Assembly: GCA_049318805.1 (NCBI GenBank)
Contig: JBMOFP010000004.1
Span: forward strand, 493-64,492
Direction: 5' to 3'
From: Bradymonadia bacterium
Lineage (GTDB): Bacteria > Myxococcota_A > Bradymonadia > UBA7976 > UBA1532
DNA: 64,000 bases
Below are positions 48,715-57,449 of the stretch, in pieces; within the stretch, counting starts at the first letter, position 1; every line of letters begins with the position of its first letter. The position numbers and the translations under genes were made by a program. The notes beneath the pieces are model-generated. The model did not search any database. It saw only the letters and a program-made list of their open reading frames with translations, and had not been told where the DNA came from.

Positions 48715-51201
48715 ATGCGCATTCGCAGGTCCGCCCTGCTTGCCCTGCTCACGATGAGCGTCGTCGCTTGCGAAGACGGCCCGGAGCAGGTCTTCACCCC
48801 GAACGAGGGCGATCCCGCCGTACAAAACGGCTTCGACGACACCCCGCGTTTCACCCAGCCAGGCCAGCAGGGGTACGACGTCGACGAGGAGAACCGGGAC
48901 GATACCGGTCGCGCGCGTTTCTGCTCCATCGCGGAGAACGAAGCGCTGATCCAGCGCATGGTCCGCGAGCCCATCGTGCCGAACGACTCCATCGGCGGCG
49001 TGCCGATGTGGAACGGCAACGAGCCGATGCAGGCCGACCTCCTCATCCAGGACGGCGCCTGGTGTGACCCGGTCGAGTACGCGAACGCGTTCGTCTGGGG
49101 CCCGGAGAACGAGGTCATCTACCTCTTCAACCAGGACACCCGCATCGTCGAGGCCGTGATCGCGCTCCAGAAGTACCGGGGCACACTCGAGGGCAACTTC
49201 ACCGGCACACGCGAGGACGGCAGCATCGGGCCCATCCCGGTGAAGATGAGCCTCCGGGACCGCATCACCATCGACGGCGTGCCGCTCGACCAGGCGTCGA
49301 CGGGGCGCGAGGACGCCGCCGACAAAGAGCGCGCCTGGCTCAACGCCGGCAACGTCAACAAGATGTACCGGATGGTCCGCGAGACCCACTTCGGCGACGA
49401 GCCCTACGCGCCGGAGTACGACTGCTTCGAGCAGCAGACCTGTGAGCTGATCTTCGCCAACCCCGAGTGGTTGATCTTCTTCCGCAGCTCCGGCGTGGCG
49501 CTCGTGGTCTCGCCCGAGGGGCAGCTCACGGAGGTCGACCTCTTCCCGGTCCGCGTGGCGCCGTTCGAAGAGGGCGCGTCGATGCGGATCGGCCAGGGCC
49601 CCGACGAGGTCGCGCCGGTCTTCGAGAGCGGTCGCCGCGAGACGTGCTCCATCGCGCTCTCGGACGGGCTCGCGTGGAGCCAGTTCGTGGACCTGTGCGT
49701 CGGCGAGGGCGAGGGCGGCGAGAAGACCCTCAGCCGCGCGAGCTTCAACGTCTACGGGCAGCGCGACGCCGTGGATGTCGAGTTCAACGGCGCCACGTTC
49801 AGCTTCCAGCGGGACGTGACCCAGGCCGCCGTTCTCAAGGACGGTGAGCGCCCCGCGGCCGACGACAAGCTCTTCGGCATCAGCTGGACACGCACCCTGG
49901 CCGCACCGGCGGCCGAGTTCAAGCAGCGCACGATCGCGCAGCTCTTCAAGCAGAAGCTCGAGCAGCGCGTGCGCGAGGCTGTACAGCAGCCCGCCGTCGG
50001 TGGCGGCGAGCCGGCCGATGCGGGTGTGCCCGAGACCGACGCCGCGGTCCAGAGCGCCGATGCCGGCGTCGGCGTGCCGGCCGACGTCGATGCGTCGTCG
50101 CCGCTCGTGCCGCCCGTCGAGCAGCCGACCCACCCGCTGCTCGCCTGGACCCTCGAGATCCCGCCCGAGCTGTTGACCGACGAGGCCGACGAGCCCGGCC
50201 CGATCAACCAGCTCACCTACCAGCGCGACGGCGCGGGTGATCCCCGCGACTGGATCGGCGACGTCATCGCCGACCTGCGCGCGGTCTACGCGCGTCTGAG
50301 CCCGGCCGACCGCGCCGTGGTCGACCCTCGCCTCGCCGAGGCCACGTGGATCGTCGAGCCGTTCACGGACGCCATCGTCGAGGTCTTCTCGCACGGTCGC
50401 GCCAACACGGCGAACGCCGAGAAGCTCTTCTACAATACCGACGACCGGAAGTGGTCCATCGGCTTCGCGTACTTCACCTACGAGGGTGAGCAGTACCGGC
50501 TGACCGTGCAGTTCAGCCTGAACTTCGACTCTCTGTCGGCCGTGTCCATCGAGCGCGGTCGCTCGAAGCTCGACGACGTTTACGCCGGGTGGAATCAGCG
50601 CGCACGGCCCCGACCCGGGCTCGGGCAGGAGAAGTCCCCCTACTACGGCGCGGACCTCGCGCGCGGCGACCTCGAGACCAACCCGCTGGCGCTCGGCGGC
50701 CCCGGCATCCAGGTCCTGGGCTTCGATCGACGCCTGGGCACCCTCGACATCGAGCTCGAGGCCCCGCGTGAGGGCGGCGGCAGCGAGAAGCTCGAGCTCA
50801 CCGTCAGCGGCGACCCCCTCGAGGACCGGAACGGCTACCTGCGCCAGATCCGCGGGCGTCGGTACGAGTTCGTGCCGGCGAACGTGGTTCAGCTCCAGGG
50901 CCGCGAGACCTCGATGATCTTCTGGGTCGAGGCCGACGGTCTCATCGGCCGGGTCGCCGAGGGTCGCTTCAAGCACCCGGTCAACCTGTGCCCGGGCCTC
51001 GCGATCTCCTACGGCGACGACGTGCGCGCGAAGGTGGCGGCGTTCGCCGAGGCCCGAGGCGACCAGGCGTTCCGGGACTGCGAGATCACCTACAACTACT
51101 CCGCCAACGGCAATGTGCTCGACGAGGTCGTCTCGCTGACCAACCGGGTCAGCTTCACGATCAGCGCCGACCGTGCCGTCCAGGTCAACCTGTGGCGCTG
51201 A
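48715..51201 (+). CDS. Large lipoprotein, unknown function
   Basis: GGAGG RBS, MRIRRSALLALLTMSVVAC lipobox, strong coding bias, central DAG linker. Confidence 0.9.
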   Translation: MRIRRSALLALLTMSVVACEDGPEQVFTPNEGDPAVQNGFDDTPRFTQPGQQGYDVDEENRDDTGRARFCSIAENEALIQRMVREPIVPNDSIGGVPMWNGNEPMQADLLIQDGAWCDPVEYANAFVWGPENEVIYLFNQDTRIVEAVIALQKYRGTLEGNFTGTREDGSIGPIPVKMSLRDRITIDGVPLDQASTGREDAADKERAWLNAGNVNKMYRMVRETHFGDEPYAPEYDCFEQQTCELIFANPEWLIFFRSSGVALVVSPEGQLTEVDLFPVRVAPFEEGASMRIGQGPDEVAPVFESGRRETCSIALSDGLAWSQFVDLCVGEGEGGEKTLSRASFNVYGQRDAVDVEFNGATFSFQRDVTQAAVLKDGERPAADDKLFGISWTRTLAAPAAEFKQRTIAQLFKQKLEQRVREAVQQPAVGGGEPADAGVPETDAAVQSADAGVGVPADVDASSPLVPPVEQPTHPLLAWTLEIPPELLTDEADEPGPINQLTYQRDGAGDPRDWIGDVIADLRAVYARLSPADRAVVDPRLAEATWIVEPFTDAIVEVFSHGRANTANAEKLFYNTDDRKWSIGFAYFTYEGEQYRLTVQFSLNFDSLSAVSIERGRSKLDDVYAGWNQRARPRPGLGQEKSPYYGADLARGDLETNPLALGGPGIQVLGFDRRLGTLDIELEAPREGGGSEKLELTVSGDPLEDRNGYLRQIRGRRYEFVPANVVQLQGRETSMIFWVEADGLIGRVAEGRFKHPVNLCPGLAISYGDDVRAKVAAFAEARGDQAFRDCEITYNYSANGNVLDEVVSLTNRVSFTISADRAVQVNLWR

Positions 51202-51212
51202 GGAGAGCACCC

Positions 51213-54200
51213 ATGAACCCCCGCAAACTCACTCTCCTCGTGCCGGCGATGGGCCTCGTGGCCTCGGCCTGTGTCGAACACCGGCCCGTGCGCAACGGGC
51301 TGTCCAACGAGTCCATCTACCTGGACAAGGCCGCGCTCTCGCAGCCCGACACCCAGTTCACCGAGACGACCGACGACAACTGGATCTACCGGGTCACCGT
51401 CGTCGGCGCGAGCTCGCCGAACGTGGTCGGGGACTACGCGTTCCCGGGCCTCGAGGGCAACCCCACGCTGGTCAAGGTCCGGTTCCGGGACGATGCGCTC
51501 CAGCTCGTGGAGACCCGTCGACTCCAGGCCGACCTGCCCGACGACCCCAACGACAACCTGTCGAGCACCGAGGACAACGTGCTCCTCGAGTTCGCCGGGC
51601 AACACGTGGACGTGAAGCTCCAGGAGAGCCTCGACGGCGAGCGCACGAACCTGCTCTCCGAGAACACCGAGGAGCCGTGGCAGAAGCGCCAGAAGTTCAA
51701 GGTCGACTTCGCGTCGACCTCGCTCGACCCCATCACGAACGCGGCCTGGTTCTACGGGGAGTTCATGGCGATGTGCGCGAGCACCGTCGCCGTGCACTAC
51801 ACGCCCGACTCGTTCCAGTGGCAGAAGGCCTGCACCGACGAGGAGATCCAGGCCGAGTACGGCGCGCTCGCCGAGAAGTGGGCCGCGGCCTCCCCGACCG
51901 AGCGCGACGCGCTCCGGCAGGAAGAGGGCAAGTGCTCGCTGACCGGGGGCGAGGCCCTCGGCTTCGAGGTCGAGGTCACCTACCTGCTGACCATCGGCGG
52001 CGGCTGCTACAACATGACCTCGCTGGCCAGCGGCACGGGCACCAGCACGATCAAGTATCGGTTCTCGCTCTACCGTCCCAAGACCGGCACCTACGTCGAG
52101 GGCGAGGACGGCGAGTCCGTCTTCCAGCCGCAGTACACCCCGGTCGAGATCGGTGAGAAGGACATCACCAACAAGCAGTACGGGGTCTTCCAGATCCTGA
52201 ACCTGTTCACCGACCACGACGCGGGCGAGCTCTCCGCGGTCTCGCTGATGCAGCGGTGGAACCCGGACCGAACGGACACCGTCGCCTTCTACTACCAGCC
52301 GGGCTTCCCCGAGCGCTTCAAGCCGTTCTTCGCCGACGTGGAGAGCGCCACGAACGACGTTCTCGAGGCGGCCGGCGCCAAGCTGCGCTTCGCCTTCCGG
52401 GAGTACGACGACGGCGGCATCGTGCGGCACCCCGGGGACCAGCGCTTCAGCTTCGTGAACTGGCACCACGACATCGACACGACCCGAGGCCTGCTCGGGT
52501 ATGGCCCGTCGACCGCGGACCCGCGCACCGGCGAGGTCTACAGCGCGACGTTGAACCTCTACAACGTCGGCATGGACTACTACCGCTTCCTGGTCGAGAA
52601 CTTCCTCGAGGCCAAGGGCGCGCAGACCCAGCCCGAGGACGACCCCTCGACCGAGGCCGACGAGTCCAAGACCCCCTGGGACGAGATCGAGTGCGCCGAG
52701 GGCTCCACCGTCGCGCCCAAGAACGCGACCCGGTGCGAGTACGACAGCCGCCAGGCGGGCCTGCGCCGCCAGGCCGACTGCGAGGCCGCCAAGACCGCCG
52801 ACCCGGCCCTGAACGGCGAGCGGGACTGCGAGGCCGAGGCCACCGAGGCGACCACCACCTCCAAGGACACCTGCCTCGCCTCGCCACGCCTCACGACGGC
52901 GATCTTCGGCGAGATGCGGCGTGTCATGGACGTGCCCGAAGACCAGGTCACCGGCGAGAAGACCGACTTCGTGCCCACGCCGACCCGCGAGGACTTCACG
53001 CGGAACTACATGCGGATGCTGCCGGAGCTGCGGTTCTCGGAGCCCGTGTACAACGCCTTCGTGTACCGCGGTACCGACGGCCAGAGCCTGCTCGCGGACC
53101 TGCCGGCGCGCCGCGAGGAGCATGACGCCTTCCTCGGGCGCCTCATGGACGTGCAGAACAACCAGAACCCGTTCGGCCCCCACGCGCTCCACACCCGCGA
53201 GGGCATCGACGCCCAGAACGACTTCCTCGACGGCTTCCGGAGCTGGAAGGACGTGCACGAGCGCCTGGCGATGGACGAGGAGCAGGTCTTCGCGCTCCGC
53301 AACGTCGAGCTCTTCGACGCCACGGACGCCGTCAACGCCGTGAGCCTCGCCGCGCGTAAGTGTGTGGCGCGCGACGGCGACAAGTTCACCTTCGAGTCGG
53401 ACGCCGAGTTCTCCCGGCGCATCGTGGACAACGTCGTCTTCAAGACCGCGATCCACGAGTTCGGCCACAACCTGGGCCTGCGCCACAACTTCTACGGCTC
53501 CGTGGACGCGGCGTATCAGCGCGAGAACGAGATCTCGGCCTCGGTCATGGACTACGTCTCGCCCATCGAAGAGGCCGAGGCCGAGCGCCAGTGGGGCCGC
53601 TACGACGAGCTCGCGCTCCAGTGGATCTACGGCAACGCCGAGAAGCGGGCCGCGGCCCTCGAGGAGAAGCCGCTCTACTGCACCGACGAGCACCGCCTGC
53701 GCAGCCCGATGTGTCGCGCCTTCGACCTCGGCATCACGCCGGCCCAGGTCGTGCTCAACGCCATCGAGCGCTACGACTGGCTCTACGAGCTGCGAAACAA
53801 GCGCGCGTGGCGCAAGTTCTGGGACACCTCGAGCTACGCCGGCAGCATCTACGACTCCGTCTTCTCGATTCAGCGCATGTGGCACATGGCGCTGTTCGAC
53901 TGGGGCGGCGGCGGCGTGCAGTCGTTGCTCAAGCGCCTCGACCAGGTGGAGCGCCCCGACGACGTGCTCACCGACCAGGAGTACGACGAGATCTCCGTCG
54001 ACTTCTACAACGACATCTCCGCGGCCGTGGGCATGACGATGGCGTTCTACGACGCAATCATCAATCAATCCGCGAGCTTCCGGAACTACCAGACGGAGTT
54101 CGACCCGTTCTACGGCGACACGCTCCGCATCGGCATCATCATCGACAAGCTCTTCGCGACCTTCGCCTTCATGGACCTGCAGGATGTGTCGGGCTACAAC

Positions 54201-54707
54201 CCCAACGTCGCGACCTACGTCTCGATGTACGACGCGCCCTTCGGGTCCCGGAACCTGGCGCTGTCGCAGCGGGTGCTCGACAACATGCTCGGCGCCAACT
54301 ACGACACCTTCCCGTGGTTCAAGTACTACGCGCTGAACATCTTCGCGTCGGTCACGAACTCGAACCTCATCGGCAACGTCGAGCTGCGCGACCGCATCGC
54401 CATCAAGCGATACAACCGCGCCGAGGACCTCGCGGCGGAGTTCGGCGATGAGGCTCTGGTCACCGCCACGAGCCCCGACAACCTCTCCGGGCTCTTCGAG
54501 TTCGAAGGGGAAGAGTACGTCTACACGTACATCGAGGACCGCGCCTGGCACCTGGTGGCGAGCCGTTCGAAGAGCCCGGTGAGCTACCAGTTCATCCGGG
54601 AGTACAACGAGGCGCTGCGCGCAAACGCCGATCCCGACAACGACAACTACGGTCTGAAGATCCTGCTGGCGTACTACGAGTACTACAACAACTTCGTCGG
54701 GTACTGA
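51213..54707 (+). CDS. Lipoprotein zinc-dependent metalloprotease (metzincin; DUF4953/EcxA-like)
   Basis: Lipobox VASAC, GYGPSTADPRTGEV, HEFGHNLGLRHNF (HExxHxxGxxH), Met-turn SVMDY, YDELALQWIY. Confidence 0.93.
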   Translation: MNPRKLTLLVPAMGLVASACVEHRPVRNGLSNESIYLDKAALSQPDTQFTETTDDNWIYRVTVVGASSPNVVGDYAFPGLEGNPTLVKVRFRDDALQLVETRRLQADLPDDPNDNLSSTEDNVLLEFAGQHVDVKLQESLDGERTNLLSENTEEPWQKRQKFKVDFASTSLDPITNAAWFYGEFMAMCASTVAVHYTPDSFQWQKACTDEEIQAEYGALAEKWAAASPTERDALRQEEGKCSLTGGEALGFEVEVTYLLTIGGGCYNMTSLASGTGTSTIKYRFSLYRPKTGTYVEGEDGESVFQPQYTPVEIGEKDITNKQYGVFQILNLFTDHDAGELSAVSLMQRWNPDRTDTVAFYYQPGFPERFKPFFADVESATNDVLEAAGAKLRFAFREYDDGGIVRHPGDQRFSFVNWHHDIDTTRGLLGYGPSTADPRTGEVYSATLNLYNVGMDYYRFLVENFLEAKGAQTQPEDDPSTEADESKTPWDEIECAEGSTVAPKNATRCEYDSRQAGLRRQADCEAAKTADPALNGERDCEAEATEATTTSKDTCLASPRLTTAIFGEMRRVMDVPEDQVTGEKTDFVPTPTREDFTRNYMRMLPELRFSEPVYNAFVYRGTDGQSLLADLPARREEHDAFLGRLMDVQNNQNPFGPHALHTREGIDAQNDFLDGFRSWKDVHERLAMDEEQVFALRNVELFDATDAVNAVSLAARKCVARDGDKFTFESDAEFSRRIVDNVVFKTAIHEFGHNLGLRHNFYGSVDAAYQRENEISASVMDYVSPIEEAEAERQWGRYDELALQWIYGNAEKRAAALEEKPLYCTDEHRLRSPMCRAFDLGITPAQVVLNAIERYDWLYELRNKRAWRKFWDTSSYAGSIYDSVFSIQRMWHMALFDWGGGGVQSLLKRLDQVERPDDVLTDQEYDEISVDFYNDISAAVGMTMAFYDAIINQSASFRNYQTEFDPFYGDTLRIGIIIDKLFATFAFMDLQDVSGYNPNVATYVSMYDAPFGSRNLALSQRVLDNMLGANYDTFPWFKYYALNIFASVTNSNLIGNVELRDRIAIKRYNRAEDLAAEFGDEALVTATSPDNLSGLFEFEGEEYVYTYIEDRAWHLVASRSKSPVSYQFIREYNEALRANADPDNDNYGLKILLAYYEYYNNFVGY

Positions 54708-54710
54708 GTC

Positions 54711-55604
54711 ATGCGTCACGCGATCTTTGCGCTGCTCTGCGGGCTCCCGGGCCTCGCCCACGCGCAGCTCAGCGCGGCGGGCTCCGCCACGGGCACGCTG
54801 GCGGACGCGGTCGTGCCCGAGAAGAAGCTGTGGACCGTCAGCGCCTCGATCCAGTACCGGCAGCAGGCCGTGGTCGACGAAGACCCCGAGAACGAGCGCC
54901 TGATGCTCTACAGGCTCGGGGGGTCCGCGCGTGTCTTCGACGGCGGTCGCGCCTTCATTCGGCTGGGCATGAGTGAGCGCTTCGTCGCCCAGCCCGAGGA
55001 GTCCGGCTTCCGGCTCCAGGACTCGCAGGTCGGCCTGAACTACGTCCACGCCGTCGAGCTCGGCGCGAAGCAGCTCGACTTTGCCCACGACCTCGCGCTC
55101 TTTCTGCCGACGTCGCGCCCGAGCCTCACCCAGCACCTGTACGTGGCGCCGCAGTACCTTCTCACGGCGTCCATGGAGGTCCTGCCCGACCTCATCATCG
55201 CGTTCGTGCCGAACTTTCGGTACCGGTTCCATCGGTACGCTGAACGCTCCGGCTTCGGGGCCGGCATGAACACGCAGTGGGAGCTCGGTCTCCACGGCGG
55301 AATCGACTGGATCTTCCTCAAGTCGAGCGCGGTCGGTGACTTCGGGGTCGGCGCCTCGGCCGGGAGCATCTGGAATCGGAAGTTCGACTCACGGGACGAC
55401 TACGACGCGTCCACGAGCGACCAGGGCTACGTGCAGCAGATCTACGACTGGGAGGGCCACGCGACGTGGCAATTCCTGCCGCAGCTCGGGCTCACCGTGG
55501 CGGTCGAGCACGGCGGCCCGGTCCTGCGGGACGGCATCGTGAACACCTTCTTTGTGCAGCGGGACGAGACGGAGCTGTCGTTCACGCTGGCCGGGGCCTA
55601 CTGA
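54711..55604 (+). CDS. Secreted/outer-membrane beta-barrel-like protein
   Basis: Signal peptide (AHA), alternating hydrophobic strands, terminal LSFTLAGAY. Starts 3 nt after the protease stop. Confidence 0.75.
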   Translation: MRHAIFALLCGLPGLAHAQLSAAGSATGTLADAVVPEKKLWTVSASIQYRQQAVVDEDPENERLMLYRLGGSARVFDGGRAFIRLGMSERFVAQPEESGFRLQDSQVGLNYVHAVELGAKQLDFAHDLALFLPTSRPSLTQHLYVAPQYLLTASMEVLPDLIIAFVPNFRYRFHRYAERSGFGAGMNTQWELGLHGGIDWIFLKSSAVGDFGVGASAGSIWNRKFDSRDDYDASTSDQGYVQQIYDWEGHATWQFLPQLGLTVAVEHGGPVLRDGIVNTFFVQRDETELSFTLAGAY

Positions 55605-55605
55605 G

Positions 55606-56343
55606 GTGCTGCGGCGCCTCGGCAAGTGGCTGCTGGGGCTGTTCCTCGTCATCGCGCTCGGGCTCTTCGTCGTAGGCCTTGCGCTGCATCGACCGCTGCC
55701 CGAGGGCGTACCCGGGCCCGAGGCCGACGCCCTCGCCCAGCGCATGATGTCCTCGGTGAACGCCGAGGCCTGGGCGCGGGTCGGCGCGATTCGCTTCGAC
55801 TTCGCGCAGTACGATGCGTGGCTGTGGGACCGCAAAGGCCAGCGAGCGCGGCTCAAGACGGGCGATCTCGAGGTTCAGTTTCACACCGACACCCGGGACG
55901 GTCTCGCCTTCAAGGCCGGGCGACGCCTGGAGGGTGAGGACCTGGACGACGCGCTCGCGAGCGCCTGGGCACGCTTCTGCAACGACACGTTCTGGCTGAA
56001 CCCGGTCGTGAAGGCCTTCGACATGGGCACGGAGCGGATGCGCGTCGAGCTCGACGGCGGCCGCGTCGGGCTGCTCGTCCGATACGCGGGCGGCGGCGTG
56101 ACCCCCGGCGACAGCTACCTGTGGATGCTCGATGAGGCGGCCCGACCGACCGCGTGGCGCATGTGGGTGAAGGTCTTGCCCGTCGGCGGGCTCGAGGTGC
56201 CCTGGGCGGGCTGGACGCAGCTCCCGGGCGGCGCCTGGATCAGCACGGAGCACCCCTTCTTCGGCCCCGTGAGCCTGAAGATGACGAACATCGCCGTGGC
56301 CGACGACGTGGAGCAGCTCGAGCCCGGCGCGTTCGCCGACTGA
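55606..56343 (+). CDS. Conserved hypothetical membrane-anchored protein
   Basis: N-terminal TM helix, FCNDTFWL and TPGDSYLW motifs. GTG 1 nt after the upstream stop. Confidence 0.8.
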   Translation: MLRRLGKWLLGLFLVIALGLFVVGLALHRPLPEGVPGPEADALAQRMMSSVNAEAWARVGAIRFDFAQYDAWLWDRKGQRARLKTGDLEVQFHTDTRDGLAFKAGRRLEGEDLDDALASAWARFCNDTFWLNPVVKAFDMGTERMRVELDGGRVGLLVRYAGGGVTPGDSYLWMLDEAARPTAWRMWVKVLPVGGLEVPWAGWTQLPGGAWISTEHPFFGPVSLKMTNIAVADDVEQLEPGAFAD

Positions 56344-56399
56344 GCGACCGACGCGGGGGCGATTCCCCCACACCGTCGCCCGTGGTAGATCCGCGCGCC

Positions 56400-57416
56400 A
56401 TGAGCAGCACGCCCGTCCTCGAATTCATCCTCCGCAACTACAAGAACTTCAACGCCCGCGCGACCCGCGACGCGACGCTGTCGTACTGGCGCCATATCGA
56501 AGGCGGGGGGCGCATGTTCTGGGCCGTCGCCGGCGCGATGTCGTCGGCGCAGCTCGGGATCACGCTCGCGCCGGCCATCCGCGAGGGCCTGGTGCACGGC
56601 CTGTCCGTCACGGGCGCCAACCTCGAGGAGTCGCTGTTCCGGCTCGTGGCGCACCACAGCTACAAGGACTTCCCCGACTACCGGTACTTCACCAAGGAAG
56701 ACGACACCCGCATCCTCGAGCAGCGGATGCGTCGTGTCACCGACACGAGCATCCCCGAGGACGAGGCCTTCCGGGTCGTCGAGAAGACGGTCGTGCCCAT
56801 GTGGGAGAACGCGACGAAGTCCGGTACGCGCCGGTTCTGGCACGAGTACTTCTATGAGCTCGTCCAGGGTGTGCCCGCTGAACTCCACGAGGGGGACCCG
56901 CAGGATTGCTGGCTCCTCGCCGCGGCCCGCGCGAACCTGCCGATCGTCGTGCCCGGGGCCGAGGACTCGACGTTCGGGAACATCTTCGCGTCCCACGTGC
57001 GCCTGGGGGAGTGCTCGGCCAGCATCGTCAAGTCGGGCATCGAGTACATGGCCGCCTTCTACGACCAGTACCGCACGCTCTCGGAGGGGGCCGGTGTGGG
57101 CTTCTTCCAGATCGGCGGCGGGATCGCCGGGGACTTCCCGATCTGCGTGGTGCCGTCCATCAAGTACGACCTCGGGGAGACCGCGAAGCCCTGGGCCTAC
57201 TTCTGCCAGATCTCCGACAGCACCACCTCGTACGGCTCTTACTCGGGCGCCACGCCCAACGAGAAGATCACCTGGGACAAGCTGACGAAGGACACACCGA
57301 TGTTCGTCATCGAGTCCGACGCGACCCTGGTGGTGCCCCTGATCCTGAGCGCGCTGCTGGAGTGCAAGCGCAACCCCGAGGCGGCAAACGCGCTGATTGC
57401 GCGGTACGTCGGCTGA
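56400..57416 (+). CDS. Deoxyhypusine synthase family protein (probable homospermidine synthase)
   Basis: AGAMSS, TGANLEE, PGAEDSTFG, IGGGIAGDF, SYGSYSGATPNEKITWDK. Confidence 0.92.
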   Translation: MSSTPVLEFILRNYKNFNARATRDATLSYWRHIEGGGRMFWAVAGAMSSAQLGITLAPAIREGLVHGLSVTGANLEESLFRLVAHHSYKDFPDYRYFTKEDDTRILEQRMRRVTDTSIPEDEAFRVVEKTVVPMWENATKSGTRRFWHEYFYELVQGVPAELHEGDPQDCWLLAAARANLPIVVPGAEDSTFGNIFASHVRLGECSASIVKSGIEYMAAFYDQYRTLSEGAGVGFFQIGGGIAGDFPICVVPSIKYDLGETAKPWAYFCQISDSTTSYGSYSGATPNEKITWDKLTKDTPMFVIESDATLVVPLILSALLECKRNPEAANALIARYVG

Positions 57417-57449
57417 CCTGAAGGTCGCGGTTCTGGTAAACACCGCGGC

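Noticed and set aside
48535-55295. Very long antisense ORFs (891 aa and 1399 aa), and similar ones at 13910-17848, 9679-12111, 23838-26333 and 56115-59933
   Set aside because: They are exact mirror frames of real genes. Strong codon bias in GC-rich DNA removes antisense stops, and they have no motifs or RBS.
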